Assembly: GCA_038883655.1 (NCBI GenBank)
Contig: JAVZLQ010000002.1
Location: forward strand, 32,001 to 96,000
Reading direction: 5' to 3'
Source: Candidatus Bathyarchaeia archaeon
GTDB taxonomy: Archaea; Thermoproteota; Bathyarchaeia; Bathyarchaeales; Bathycorpusculaceae
DNA: 64,000 bases
Shown: positions 1 through 10,004 of the stretch, one piece after another
Position numbering within the stretch: position 1 is the stretch's first letter
How the letters are laid out: the number at the start of each line of letters is the position of its first letter
Translations under genes and position numbers: made by a program
The notes under the pieces: generated by a model
The model's database searches: none
The model's input: the letters and a program-made list of their open reading frames with translations, nothing else
What the model was told of the DNA's origin: nothing

Positions 1-1542
1 TCCGCCAGTGTCGCTGTGTATTATGATCCAATCTCCATGTCGCCATACATTGGGATAAACACTGAAGTACGCATCTCTATACTTCTTTCCATCTGGGTCA
101 TTCCAGAAATAAAGTGGCATAGAGGGCGCAGGCGCCTCGCAGACAAGCTCCGCTTCCTTGTCAACAACAGCATTTCCCTTTTCATCATATCCCTTTATCT
201 TCATCCCCAACGCTGGGCCTTGAAGTTCTCCAGCGTACACGGGTTGGATTGGCGTCCCAGCAGCAAAACAGCCGTTTATGTCCGTTCCACCAGAGATAGA
301 GTTAAAGTGTAAATCTCCCTTAATCTCCTTGTAAACATATTCAAAACCTTCAGCCGACAATGGCGAACCAGTCTGGGATATTTCACGTAGGGACGATAAG
401 TCGTAAACTTTTCCTGGTTTAGCGTCAACACTTCTTAGGTAGTTGATATAGCTTGCACTGCAGCCGAATATTGTTATTTTCTCTTCTTGAACTAGCTTCC
501 ACATGGCGCCCCAGTCTGGATAGTTCGGGTTTCCATCATACAAAACAATGGTTGCTCCGACAGCTAACGAGCTGATGAGCCAATTCCACATCATCCAACT
601 CGGAGAAGTTATATAAAAAATTCTATCCTCACGTTTCAAATCAGTGTGAAGAATCAACTCCTTAAGGTGGTTGACAAGTATTCCACCAACTCCTTGAACC
701 ATGCATTTTGGTTTTCCAGTAGTTCCCGACGAAAACATTATGTATACTGGATGGTCCGCTGGCAACTGCTCAAACTCAACTTCGGTTTGGCTCTCTCCAG
801 AAACAAAATCATAATAATTTACGGATTTCGGTATATCTCCAAGACTTGGCTCTTCATTAATATATGGGAAAACAACAACCATTTCAATGGAGGGCACTCC
901 CTCTACGACTTTCTTCACATTAGCTAAAATGTCAAAGGTTTTTCCCTTATAGGGGTAACCATCAACAGTGAACAGAACACGAGGGCCTATCTGACTAAAG
1001 CGATCTACAACAGCGCTTGGGCCCAACTCTGTGCCACAAGAAGACCATATTGCTCCAATGTTTGTTGATGCGAGCATAGCGATTGGCGTTTCCATAATGT
1101 TTGGCATATAAGCGGCCACACGATCTCCCGGTTTAATTCCTACCCTTCGTAAGGCATTGGCCAAGCGCGCTACTGTGTGGTAAAGTTGCCTATACGTTAT
1201 TCTCGCGGTTTTTTGATGCTCGCTTCTAAATATGAGAGATAAGTGATCATCGCGGTGTCTCAGAAGGTTTTCTGCAAAGTTGAGTCTGGCGCCGACAAAC
1301 CATCTTGCCCCTGGAAACTTGTTTAGGTCGTCGACAACAGCGTCGTATTTGCGAGATGCCTTTATTTTGGCGAAGTCCCACATGCACTCCCAAAAGTCTG
1401 GAATATTCCTAATGGACCACTCATAAAGTTGATTGTATGAGTTAATTTTTAAGCCGTACCTTTCATTTACAAACTCGATGAAGCGCGTTATGTTGGCTTC
1501 TTCCACACGCTTCTGCGATGGCGTCCAAAGGGGTTTCCGCAT
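1..1542 (-). CDS. Acetoacetate--CoA ligase (acetoacetyl-CoA synthetase), 3' end runs off the window
   Basis: Not in ORF track. Manual translation from ATG at 1542: MRKPLWTPSQKRVEEANITRFIEFVN...LYEWSI...DFWECMWDF...WFVGARLNFAENLL...; AMP-binding motif FSSGTTGKPKCMVQG near 700-740. Confidence 0.9.
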   Translation of the reverse strand, partial: MRKPLWTPSQKRVEEANITRFIEFVNERYGLKINSYNQLYEWSIRNIPDFWECMWDFAKIKASRKYDAVVDDLNKFPGARWFVGARLNFAENLLRHRDDHLSLIFRSEHQKTARITYRQLYHTVARLANALRRVGIKPGDRVAAYMPNIMETPIAMLASTNIGAIWSSCGTELGPSAVVDRFSQIGPRVLFTVDGYPYKGKTFDILANVKKVVEGVPSIEMVVVFPYINEEPSLGDIPKSVNYYDFVSGESQTEVEFEQLPADHPVYIMFSSGTTGKPKCMVQGVGGILVNHLKELILHTDLKREDRIFYITSPSWMMWNWLISSLAVGATIVLYDGNPNYPDWGAMWKLVQEEKITIFGCSASYINYLRSVDAKPGKVYDLSSLREISQTGSPLSAEGFEYVYKEIKGDLHFNSISGGTDINGCFAAGTPIQPVYAGELQGPALGMKIKGYDEKGNAVVDKEAELVCEAPAPSMPLYFWNDPDGKKYRDAYFSVYPNVWRHGDWIIIHSDTGG

Positions 1543-1599
1543 GTTCTCACCAATGCTATACTTTTCTAGGAATCTATTATAATTATTCTCGTGAGTTAT

Positions 1600-2922
1600 T
1601 TATTTAGAGTATACCTGAAATTTTGGTTTTTGTCCAGTAATTTGTTCAACTATTTTCCAGAATTCTTCCTCTGGCAAGCCCCTACGTAACTCCTTCATCA
1701 ACTTTTTTATTTGATAAAATGTCATTTGTGCCCCGCCCTTGTCCATGCTTTCTTGCATACCCCTAATCTTCCGCATTATCTCGTTAATCTGCATGGGTGT
1801 GGCTTTGATTCCAGCCATACTCAGATACTGTTCTATAACTTCCCTCGCAGTTTGCTTTCCCAAGTAAAATGTAGTCTGTCTTTCTATGATTTCCGGTGGG
1901 AAAGGTTCATAAATCATCGGGTGGGCTATCATTCCTTGGATGTGCTCTTCAGCCTCATAGGAAAAAACGTTCTCGCCGACTATGGGCTTGTGAAGTGGAA
2001 CTGGCAGGGCAAAAGCTTTTTCGGCTAGCTGCGCAAGTCTATAAAGCTTCTTTAAATCTAGACCAGTGTCTATATCGTAAAGTAGCTCAAGGGCAACTGC
2101 AACCTCTTCCATTGAGGCTACTCCAGCCCTCTCGCCGAAACCAGCAACACAAGTATGTAGATGGGCAATTCCTTCCTCTACGGCTGCAAGGGTGTTTGCC
2201 GTTGCTAATCCGAAGTCATTGTGGCAATGAACTGCAAGCGAAACGTCTTTTTTGGCTATTTTTGTAATTTCTTCACGTATGTGTGCTATTAAATAGCGCA
2301 TTGAGAGGGGTCTAAGAAAGCCAACGGTGTCAGCGATAACAAGTCTCTCCGCCCCAGCCTTTATAGCAGTTTCAAAGATTTGCAAAATCTCCTCAATTGA
2401 CGTTCTAGAAGCGTCTTCTAATACGAAGTTCACCGTTGCGCCATGTTTTTTAGCGTAGTCAATAACTTCAAACGTTTTTTCCAAAACTTGTTCTCTACTC
2501 ATTTTTAGCCTATACTGAAGATTAAGCCCATTAAAAGGTGTGACAACCAAGATTTCCTTTATGCCGCACTGTAAACAAGCATCTATGTCGCTTTTGCTTA
2601 TTCTCGCCGAAGCTGCTAAACGAGCTTGCTGGAAGCTTTCGTTTGCAATCTTGCGTACATCACTCTTTTCCTCCTCGGAAAGCGCTGGAAAACCCACGTC
2701 TATAACGTATACTCCCGTCTCGTCGAGCATTTTAGCCAACTTAACCTTCTCTACATATGTTAAATAGACGGTTGGCGTTTGGACGCCTTCTCTTAGCGTT
2801 TCATCCCAGATGTAGACCCTTTCTGGAAGTTTTGGAGGCAAATTTTTTCTATAACGGTTATAGTTTGCTATTAGCCCTTGGGCTTCGAGTTTTTTAAATA
2901 TTGTCTTTCTCATTAAGTTCAC
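1600..2922 (-). CDS. DRE-TIM metallolyase, homocitrate/isopropylmalate/citramalate synthase family
   Basis: DETLREGVQTP, ADTVG, HCHNDFGLATAN, GFGERAG motifs. Confidence 0.8.
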   Translation of the reverse strand: MNLMRKTIFKKLEAQGLIANYNRYRKNLPPKLPERVYIWDETLREGVQTPTVYLTYVEKVKLAKMLDETGVYVIDVGFPALSEEEKSDVRKIANESFQQARLAASARISKSDIDACLQCGIKEILVVTPFNGLNLQYRLKMSREQVLEKTFEVIDYAKKHGATVNFVLEDASRTSIEEILQIFETAIKAGAERLVIADTVGFLRPLSMRYLIAHIREEITKIAKKDVSLAVHCHNDFGLATANTLAAVEEGIAHLHTCVAGFGERAGVASMEEVAVALELLYDIDTGLDLKKLYRLAQLAEKAFALPVPLHKPIVGENVFSYEAEEHIQGMIAHPMIYEPFPPEIIERQTTFYLGKQTAREVIEQYLSMAGIKATPMQINEIMRKIRGMQESMDKGGAQMTFYQIKKLMKELRRGLPEEEFWKIVEQITGQKPKFQVYSK

Positions 2923-3104
2923 AGCCTAATAAACCTTACAAAGTACACTGTGTTATTCCATACTCACCAATATAAAAATTGACATTTCTACGTGCAAAGG
3001 AACCTTTCGAAACGCCTATCCTAAATATTGTTTTGTTCATAGAATTAGCGAAAGTTTAAAATTAATAATGGCAATAAGCCAATACAATTTACGGTGAACT
3101 ACGA

Positions 3105-4271
3105 ATGAATTTTGAACTAACCGCCGAACAAAAAATGATAGTTGAAACTGCAAAGGAAATAGCCCACGACTTTGGTCCAGAATATTGGCGTGAAAAAGAC
3201 AAAAAGCACGAGTTTCCAGAAGAGTTCTGGAAAAGTATTGTGGAGGCAGGTTTTACCGGCATAGTAATCCCAGAAAAGTATGGCGGCGGGGGCATGGGAA
3301 TGTTTGAGATGCTTCTGGCAATGGAAACGCTTGTTTCTGAGGGCTGCGGTTTAGGCGGAGAATGGTTCTTATGCTTATCTGCAATATTTGGCGGCCTATC
3401 AATTGTTAAGCATGGAAACGAAGTACAAAAGGAGAAGTACTTACCACAAATAGCAAGGGGAATGGAGTTCTGCTTGGCGCTGACAGAGGCGGATGCCGGA
3501 ACAAACACGCTCAACATCAAAACAACAGCAGTTCTAGAAGGCGATGAATACCGCGTTAACGGACAAAAAATGTTCATTTCGGGAGCTGACCGCGCAAGGG
3601 GAATGCTCCTAGTAACAAGAACAACGCCCATGGAGAAAGCTCCGAAAAGGACTTTGGGCTTGTCGCTTTTTCTGGTGGACCTGCCGAACCCAGCGGTTGA
3701 AGTTATCCCAATCGAAAAGCATGGAATAAACTATTCAAAAACATGCGAGGTTTACATAAGCGACTTGCGGCTACCAAAAGAAAATCTTTTAGGCGAGGTG
3801 GACAAGGGATGGTACCTTGTTTTGGACACACTTAATCCAGAACGCATGAGCTTCTCCGCAGCAGCATGCGGACTGGGACTATTAGCAATAAACAAGGCTG
3901 TAGAATACGCGAAAGAACGAAAAGTCTTCGACGCGCCCATCGGCTCGCACCAAGCAATACAGTTTCCACTCGCAGAGGCGAAAGCCAAAATCGAAGCTGC
4001 GCGCCTACTAAACTATAAGGCTGCTTGGCTTTACGACCAAGGAAAAGAATGCGCCGCAGAAGCAAACATGGCAAAAGTGGCGGCGGTAGACGCCGGTATA
4101 GCAGCAGTTTACCATGCAATGCAAACATTTGGAGGCTACGGCTACGCAGTTGAATATGACGTTGAACGTTGGTGGCGTGAAGTAAACCTAATACGACTTG
4201 CGCCAGTAACGCATCAGATGGCACTAGCCTTCATAGGACAACATGTACTTGGACTACCAAAATCCTATTAG
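3105..4271 (+). CDS. Acyl-CoA dehydrogenase
   Basis: CLALTEADAGTN, VNGQKMFIS, QTFGGYGY motifs. Confidence 0.95.
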   Translation: MNFELTAEQKMIVETAKEIAHDFGPEYWREKDKKHEFPEEFWKSIVEAGFTGIVIPEKYGGGGMGMFEMLLAMETLVSEGCGLGGEWFLCLSAIFGGLSIVKHGNEVQKEKYLPQIARGMEFCLALTEADAGTNTLNIKTTAVLEGDEYRVNGQKMFISGADRARGMLLVTRTTPMEKAPKRTLGLSLFLVDLPNPAVEVIPIEKHGINYSKTCEVYISDLRLPKENLLGEVDKGWYLVLDTLNPERMSFSAAACGLGLLAINKAVEYAKERKVFDAPIGSHQAIQFPLAEAKAKIEAARLLNYKAAWLYDQGKECAAEANMAKVAAVDAGIAAVYHAMQTFGGYGYAVEYDVERWWREVNLIRLAPVTHQMALAFIGQHVLGLPKSY

Positions 4272-4332
4272 ACAGAACTTTAAGCTTTATGTCTATTCAA
4301 ACGTAAGACGCCTTAGAACAAGTGGAAAAAGC

Positions 4333-5223
4333 TTGAACTTTACAAAAAGTCACGGATTACTTGTTCTCGTAAGCTTCTGTTTTAGTTTTATCCTCATTTT
4401 CTCAACTCTGCTAAAAAATGTTGGAGTTTCGAGTCTTCAGCAAGTTCTTTTCCGTGTAACGTTAGCTCTCCCGCTTATATTTGTTCTTATTAAGGGGGAA
4501 ATCAAACTTGAGAAGAAAGATTTGCCATACTTTGCCCTAATAGGCTTTGTTTTTTCAGCTTTCCTTTTTTCAGCCTTGTCGTCAATAGTTTTTGGCTGTC
4601 CAATAGCCGTGTCAACGGCTCTAATTTATACGCAACCCTTCTTTACAGTGATACTAGCCGCTCTCTCCAAAAAAGAAAAGGTAACTCCGAGAAAGTTTGT
4701 CATAATCTTAATTGGGATGGTTGGCGCACTTTTGGCAAGTGGAATATTAACTGAGCATTACTTAACGATTAACATTACGGGAATTTTGTTTGCTTTGTTT
4801 GCAGGTTTTCTTTATGCCACATACTTGTTCCTTAAAAGGATGCGGAAGACAAGCTATACACCGCTTCAAGGATTATTCAACACCTTCATATTCGCAGCCA
4901 TTTGCTCTTTGATTCTCGGCTTGACACTGCGGCTTTTCATAACCGACACAAAATTGATAGGTTTTTTAATTCCAGATTCATATCAACTTCTCCTTCTAAT
5001 CCTATTCGCTTTTTTCAGCACAACACTCCCATATGGCTTGTTAAACTATGTTAAGACGGGCGAAGCATCGCCGACAACAGAAGGAACAATACTACTTTTA
5101 GACCCATTTCTACACAATGTTTGGGCAGTGCTCATTTTCCAACAGTACGTTTCCATGGTCCGCTACTTAGGAATTGGGTTGATACTCTTAAGCGCCGTAG
5201 CCATGCTTAGAATGAGACAATAA
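4333..5223 (+). CDS. DMT/EamA family transporter
   Basis: About 10 hydrophobic helices in two repeats, LIYTQPFF; start placed at TTG 4333 to avoid overlap with the upstream gene (ORF track start 4243). Confidence 0.8.
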   Translation: MNFTKSHGLLVLVSFCFSFILIFSTLLKNVGVSSLQQVLFRVTLALPLIFVLIKGEIKLEKKDLPYFALIGFVFSAFLFSALSSIVFGCPIAVSTALIYTQPFFTVILAALSKKEKVTPRKFVIILIGMVGALLASGILTEHYLTINITGILFALFAGFLYATYLFLKRMRKTSYTPLQGLFNTFIFAAICSLILGLTLRLFITDTKLIGFLIPDSYQLLLLILFAFFSTTLPYGLLNYVKTGEASPTTEGTILLLDPFLHNVWAVLIFQQYVSMVRYLGIGLILLSAVAMLRMRQ

Positions 5224-5345
5224 CCACTATAAGAACGCAAGCTAGGCAACAAACGCCAAATCAACCTTAAAATTTTCTTTTTTAAATTGAAAACCTTTTT
5301 AATAAAAAGCCAGACAAGATAACCTCATGTTTAAAGGTGAAGAAA

Positions 5346-6209
5346 ATGGAAGTTAAGAAAATAACTGTTTTAGGCGCTGGTTTGATGGGTCACGGCATAA
5401 CGCAGGTTGCCGCACAGGTTGGCAAGTACGAGGTGTACATGCGTGATGTTGAGCAGCGTTTCATCGACAATGGCATGAACATGATTAAGGCGAGTTTGCA
5501 AAAATTCTTGAGTAAGGGGCAGATAACCGAACAGCAGATGAACGAGATTCTAGCGAGGATATATCCCACATTAGACTTGAAAGAGGCAGTGCAAAACGCT
5601 GACTTAATTATAGAAGCTGTTCCAGAAAACGTTGAGTTAAAGAAGGCTACGTTTCGTGAAGTGGACGCATATGCGCCGCCACACGCAATAATCGCCTCGA
5701 ACACTTCAAGCATAAGCATAACAGAGCTTGCATCCGCAACAAAACGCCCGGAAAAAGTGTGCGGAATGCACTTCTTTAATCCACCTCAACTGATGAAGCT
5801 CGTCGAAGTCATACGCGGAGCAAAAACATCAGACGAAACAATACAAACAGTCTTGGAAGTCGCACACAAAATGGAGAAAGAAACAGTCCTGGTGAAGAAG
5901 GACTGTCCAGGCTTCATAGTGAACCGCATACTAATCCCAGCCCTGAATGAGGCTGTAGCCCTATACTGGGAGGGCGTAGCAGAAAGAGACGACATAGACA
6001 AAGCTATAAAGCTGGGCCTGAACTGGCCCATGGGACCGCTTATGCTTTTGGATTACATTGGCGCTGACACGACGCTGTTTATTGCGGAGGTTCTTGAACG
6101 CGAAATAGATGAGAAGTTTCATCCACATCCAGGGCTTAAGCAGATGGTTAGGGCGAACATGCTGGGGCGGAAGACTGGAAAGGGCTTCTATGACTGGACA
6201 CAAAAGTGA
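5346..6209 (+). CDS. hbd: 3-hydroxybutyryl-CoA / 3-hydroxyacyl-CoA dehydrogenase
   Basis: GAGLMGHGI, IEAVPEN, ASNTSSI, GMHFFNP, PGFIVNR, GRKTGKGFY. Confidence 0.93.
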   Translation: MEVKKITVLGAGLMGHGITQVAAQVGKYEVYMRDVEQRFIDNGMNMIKASLQKFLSKGQITEQQMNEILARIYPTLDLKEAVQNADLIIEAVPENVELKKATFREVDAYAPPHAIIASNTSSISITELASATKRPEKVCGMHFFNPPQLMKLVEVIRGAKTSDETIQTVLEVAHKMEKETVLVKKDCPGFIVNRILIPALNEAVALYWEGVAERDDIDKAIKLGLNWPMGPLMLLDYIGADTTLFIAEVLEREIDEKFHPHPGLKQMVRANMLGRKTGKGFYDWTQK

Positions 6210-6226
6210 GGAGCGTGCTGAAACGC

Positions 6227-7009
6227 ATGGAATACAAGTACATAATATATGAGAAAAGCGAGGGCATAGCCACAATTACACTTAACAGACCAGAAGCACT
6301 GAATGCATTCAGCAAGGAAGTCGTTGAAGAGGTGCTAAACGCATTAGAGGATGTAAAAGCGGATGAAAATGTCCGCGTTGTTGTACTGACAGGCGCGGGA
6401 GAAAAGGCGTTCTCAACAGGAGCGGACATAAAAGCCATGAAGGGAATGAACGCTCTGAAAGCTAGAGAACTATCCTTGATGGGAGAGAAGCTTTGCCTAG
6501 CATTGGAAAACCTCGAAAAACCAGTGATTGCAGCGATAAACGGTTACGCGTTAGGCGGAGGATTGGAAGTGGCTATGGCTTGCGACATACGAATCGCTTC
6601 AGAAAACGCCAGAATGGGGCAAACAGAAATAAACATTGGACTTATCCCAGGCTGGGGCGGAACCCAGAGGTTGACACGTCTGGTTGGAGCGACGAAAGCT
6701 AAGGAGCTTATATTTACTGGGAAGATGATTGATGCCAAGACAGCGGAGCAAATTAGCTTAGTAAATATGGTTGTTCCTCAAAGCAGTTTCCGAGAAGCTG
6801 TGCGCCAATTCGCTTTGGAACTAGCCCAAAAGGCGCCCGTGGCACTGAAAATTGCAAAAGCCTTAATAAACAAGGGAGCTGAGGCAAGCCTTAACGTGGC
6901 TTTAGCCATGGAACGCGAAGGCTTCGGTGTTGTAGCTTCAACAGAAGATTTGCAAGAGGGAGTATCAGCGTTCACGGAAAAAAGGAAACCAGTGTTTAAA
7001 GGAAGGTAA
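6227..7009 (+). CDS. crt: Enoyl-CoA hydratase (crotonase)
   Basis: LNRPEALNA, AFSTGADI, GYALGGGLE, PGWGGTQRL. Confidence 0.93.
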   Translation: MEYKYIIYEKSEGIATITLNRPEALNAFSKEVVEEVLNALEDVKADENVRVVVLTGAGEKAFSTGADIKAMKGMNALKARELSLMGEKLCLALENLEKPVIAAINGYALGGGLEVAMACDIRIASENARMGQTEINIGLIPGWGGTQRLTRLVGATKAKELIFTGKMIDAKTAEQISLVNMVVPQSSFREAVRQFALELAQKAPVALKIAKALINKGAEASLNVALAMEREGFGVVASTEDLQEGVSAFTEKRKPVFKGR

Positions 7010-7144
7010 GCATAACTCTCCAATTATTTATTTTGGCGCTAGTTAGATGCATCGTTATGCCAAGTTAGTTAACGGCATTTTTAACCAAAAGTTATATGTA
7101 AAAGCAAAGAGTTATGGAGACTCTGCTCCCTAGAGGAGAAGAGA

Positions 7145-9025
7145 TTGCCAAACCCACACTTATTATTGGAAGATAAGCCCGAGAAAAGAGTGCTTCTGCT
7201 GGGCAATGAAGCCATAGCCAGAGGCGCCCTAGAAGCGGGCATAAGCGTAGTTACAACTTATCCCGGCACGCCAGCATCCGAAATAGGTGATACTCTTTCT
7301 GAAATTGCTGGGGCTGCTGGAATTTACATGGAATACTCCACAAACGAGATTGTTGCGGTTGAGGTTGCTGCTGGAGCTGCAAACTGTGGTGTTCGCGCAT
7401 TAACAGCCATGAAGCATGTTGGACTTAACGTTGCTGCAGACGCTGTTATGACTTTAGCATATGTGGGTGTAAATGGAGGTTACGTTATAGTTACAGCTGA
7501 TGACCCAGAATGCTATAGTTCACAGAATGAGCAAGACAACAGATTTTACACGTTACTTTCAAACCTTCCATGCCTTGAACCGTCAAATCCACAAGAGGCA
7601 AAGGACATGACCGTTTCAGCCGTGGGAATAAGCGAAAAACTTGAGCTGCCCGTTCTTCTGAGGACAACAACAAGGGTGAGCCACACAAGGGGGCCGGTCA
7701 CTTATGGCAAAATTGCAAAGCCAAATTTGAAGGGCAAATTCTTCAGAGATGTAAAACGCATGGTTATGGTTCCGGCTAACGCGAGGTTCATGCACAAGAG
7801 ACTTTTGGAAAAGCTTGAGGTGGCGAAGAAAGCAAGCGAAAAATCGCCTTATAATGTCGTAACCCGTAAAGGAAAAGGTGGGTATGGGATAATCTCTTCA
7901 AGTGCGGCATACAATTATGCGGAAGAAGCGCGGGAACTTTTGGATTTGGATGCAAGCATGCTAAAGTTGGGCATGACTTATCCGCTGCCAGAAAAGACTA
8001 TTGGCGATTTCCTTAGGGCGCATGATAAAATTATAGTTGTTGAGGAGCTTGAGCCTTATTTGGAATTGCACGTGAAGGCTATAGCTAAGGACTATGCTCC
8101 AAACGTGAAAATTTACGGAAAGTTGGGCATGACGTACTTCCCAAGAGGAGGAGAGCTTTCCACACGTACGGTTTTGGCTGGCATGGCGAAAATAACTGGT
8201 AAGAAAACACCAGTAAACTTTGATAAGTTAGATGTGGCTTATGCGGAAATCAGCAAGGATTTACCATCAAGACCGCCGATTTTATGTGCAGGCTGCCCGC
8301 ACATGGCCTCCTTTTACGTTATTGGAAAGGCAACCGGCAAAAGGGCGATTTACCCAACAGACATTGGATGTTATGCTCTCGGAGCAGCACCGCCATTAAA
8401 CATAGGTGATGTGCTAATCTGCATGGGCGCGAGCATAGGCGTGGCTCAAGGAATAACCAAAGTCGTGGACAAAGATGTTGTGGCAGTTGTGGGCGACTCA
8501 ACATTCTTTCACGCGGCAATACCAGGACTAGTAAACGCCGTTTACAACAAGCACAAGGTTGTGCTAGTCATCTTGGACAACTTAACAACGGCTATGACTG
8601 GTCATCAGCCGCATCCTGGAACGGGCAAGACTGGAATGCAGACACAAGGCGAAAGAATCCTAGTTGAGCGTGTTGCAGAGGGATGTGGAGTAAAATACGT
8701 TAAAGTTGTTAATCCATTCAACGTTAAAGAGGCTGAAAATACGCTTAAAGAAGCACTTAAACGTGAAGGCGAACCATCAGTTATCGTTTTTAGAGCGCCG
8801 TGCGCTCTGATGACTATTAGGGAGAGGCGACGCAGAGGTGAGAAAGTAGCTGCTTATAGGATTACTGACAAATGTACCAATTGCATGGCGTGCATAAAAC
8901 TTCTAGGCTGTCCAGCATTAACAATAGTTGATGAACGGGTAAACATAGACGAAGCGTTATGCGTGGCGTGTGGACTTTGCGCTGCAGTATGCCCATACGG
9001 TGCAATAGAAAAGGACAAAAGCTAA
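7145..9025 (+). CDS. iorA: Indolepyruvate:ferredoxin oxidoreductase alpha subunit
   Basis: LLGNEAIARGA, YPGTP, MKHVGLNVAAD, LCAGCPH, DIGCY, GDSTFFH, C-terminal 2x[4Fe-4S] motifs. Confidence 0.95.
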   Translation: MPNPHLLLEDKPEKRVLLLGNEAIARGALEAGISVVTTYPGTPASEIGDTLSEIAGAAGIYMEYSTNEIVAVEVAAGAANCGVRALTAMKHVGLNVAADAVMTLAYVGVNGGYVIVTADDPECYSSQNEQDNRFYTLLSNLPCLEPSNPQEAKDMTVSAVGISEKLELPVLLRTTTRVSHTRGPVTYGKIAKPNLKGKFFRDVKRMVMVPANARFMHKRLLEKLEVAKKASEKSPYNVVTRKGKGGYGIISSSAAYNYAEEARELLDLDASMLKLGMTYPLPEKTIGDFLRAHDKIIVVEELEPYLELHVKAIAKDYAPNVKIYGKLGMTYFPRGGELSTRTVLAGMAKITGKKTPVNFDKLDVAYAEISKDLPSRPPILCAGCPHMASFYVIGKATGKRAIYPTDIGCYALGAAPPLNIGDVLICMGASIGVAQGITKVVDKDVVAVVGDSTFFHAAIPGLVNAVYNKHKVVLVILDNLTTAMTGHQPHPGTGKTGMQTQGERILVERVAEGCGVKYVKVVNPFNVKEAENTLKEALKREGEPSVIVFRAPCALMTIRERRRRGEKVAAYRITDKCTNCMACIKLLGCPALTIVDERVNIDEALCVACGLCAAVCPYGAIEKDKS

Positions 9026-9043
9026 AATGGTGAGGAGCAAACT

Positions 9044-9652
9044 ATGGTTGACGAGTTCAACATTATTTTGGCCGGGGTTGGCGGGCAGGGAATTCTATTA
9101 GCAGCTGAAATTCTTGGCACAGCGGCTGTTAAGGATGGCTTGAATGTGCGTGTAAGCGAAATCCACGGGATGGCTCAACGTGGCGGATCTGTTGTTTCAA
9201 ATGTGCGTATAGGCGCGAAGGTTTTGGCGCCGACAGTCTTGGATGGAAATGCGGACGTTATCCTCGGCTTTGAACCAATAGAGGCGCTTAGAAATGTGAA
9301 GTTTGCTTCTGAAAAAACAATCGTGATAATGAACAGCGAACGGATAATGCCAACAGAGCTTACGGTAAAAAAGGCGAAATATCCAAGCCTAGAAGAAATA
9401 ATGCGAAAGATAAACATTTTTACAAAAAATGTAATTGTCGTTGAAGCAGCTAGACTTGCCAGAAAAGCGGGAAGCATAATGGTGCAAAACACGGTTTTAC
9501 TCGGGGCTTTAGCCGCCGTGGGGAAAATTCCAATAAAAACCGAGACCTTAATCGATGCTTTGCGGGAACTTGTTCCGCAAAAAGAGTTGGAAGTGAACAT
9601 TAAGGCGTTTAAACTTGGCTATGAGAAGGCAAGGGAAATCGCCAAAACTTAA
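9044..9652 (+). CDS. iorB: Indolepyruvate:ferredoxin oxidoreductase beta subunit
   Basis: GVGGQG, SEIHGMAQRGGSV; directly follows iorA. Confidence 0.95.
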   Translation: MVDEFNIILAGVGGQGILLAAEILGTAAVKDGLNVRVSEIHGMAQRGGSVVSNVRIGAKVLAPTVLDGNADVILGFEPIEALRNVKFASEKTIVIMNSERIMPTELTVKKAKYPSLEEIMRKINIFTKNVIVVEAARLARKAGSIMVQNTVLLGALAAVGKIPIKTETLIDALRELVPQKELEVNIKAFKLGYEKAREIAKT

Positions 9653-9656
9653 ACTT

Positions 9657-9998
9657 CTATGGGGTTTCACTTTTCTTGTTCAAAATAGCCTTCAAAATGT
9701 TTTGGAATATTCGCATGTCCGAAGCGTTAACTATTGGGATTTGTAGGCTCTTGTCAACCTCATATAGCTTCTCGTATTTCGGGAATTCTGCATAGCAGAT
9801 TTGGCTTATTGGAAACTCTTTGCTTTTCAACTCGTGCTCAAAAGACTTTTCATAAACTTCTAGGCAAAGCAAGTAGCCGCTAACCCAGTAAAGCCTGTTC
9901 ACGCCGTAAGTTGTGGCGCACCATGCTATGTCGCCTATTGAACGCTTGTCCAAACCCAAAATTGTAACTTTCCTTGTTGGCGCAATTTCCACGTCCAT
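9657..9998 (-). CDS. Hypothetical protein
   Basis: 113-aa ORF filling the gap, 6 nt downstream of the XPF gene on the same strand. Confidence 0.7.
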   Translation of the reverse strand: MDVEIAPTRKVTILGLDKRSIGDIAWCATTYGVNRLYWVSGYLLCLEVYEKSFEHELKSKEFPISQICYAEFPKYEKLYEVDKSLQIPIVNASDMRIFQNILKAILNKKSETP

Positions 9999-10004
9999 TT
10001 CTTT

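Noticed and set aside
16-927. Plus-strand ORFs 16..312 and 646..927
   Set aside because: Antisense shadows of the acetoacetate-CoA ligase on the minus strand.
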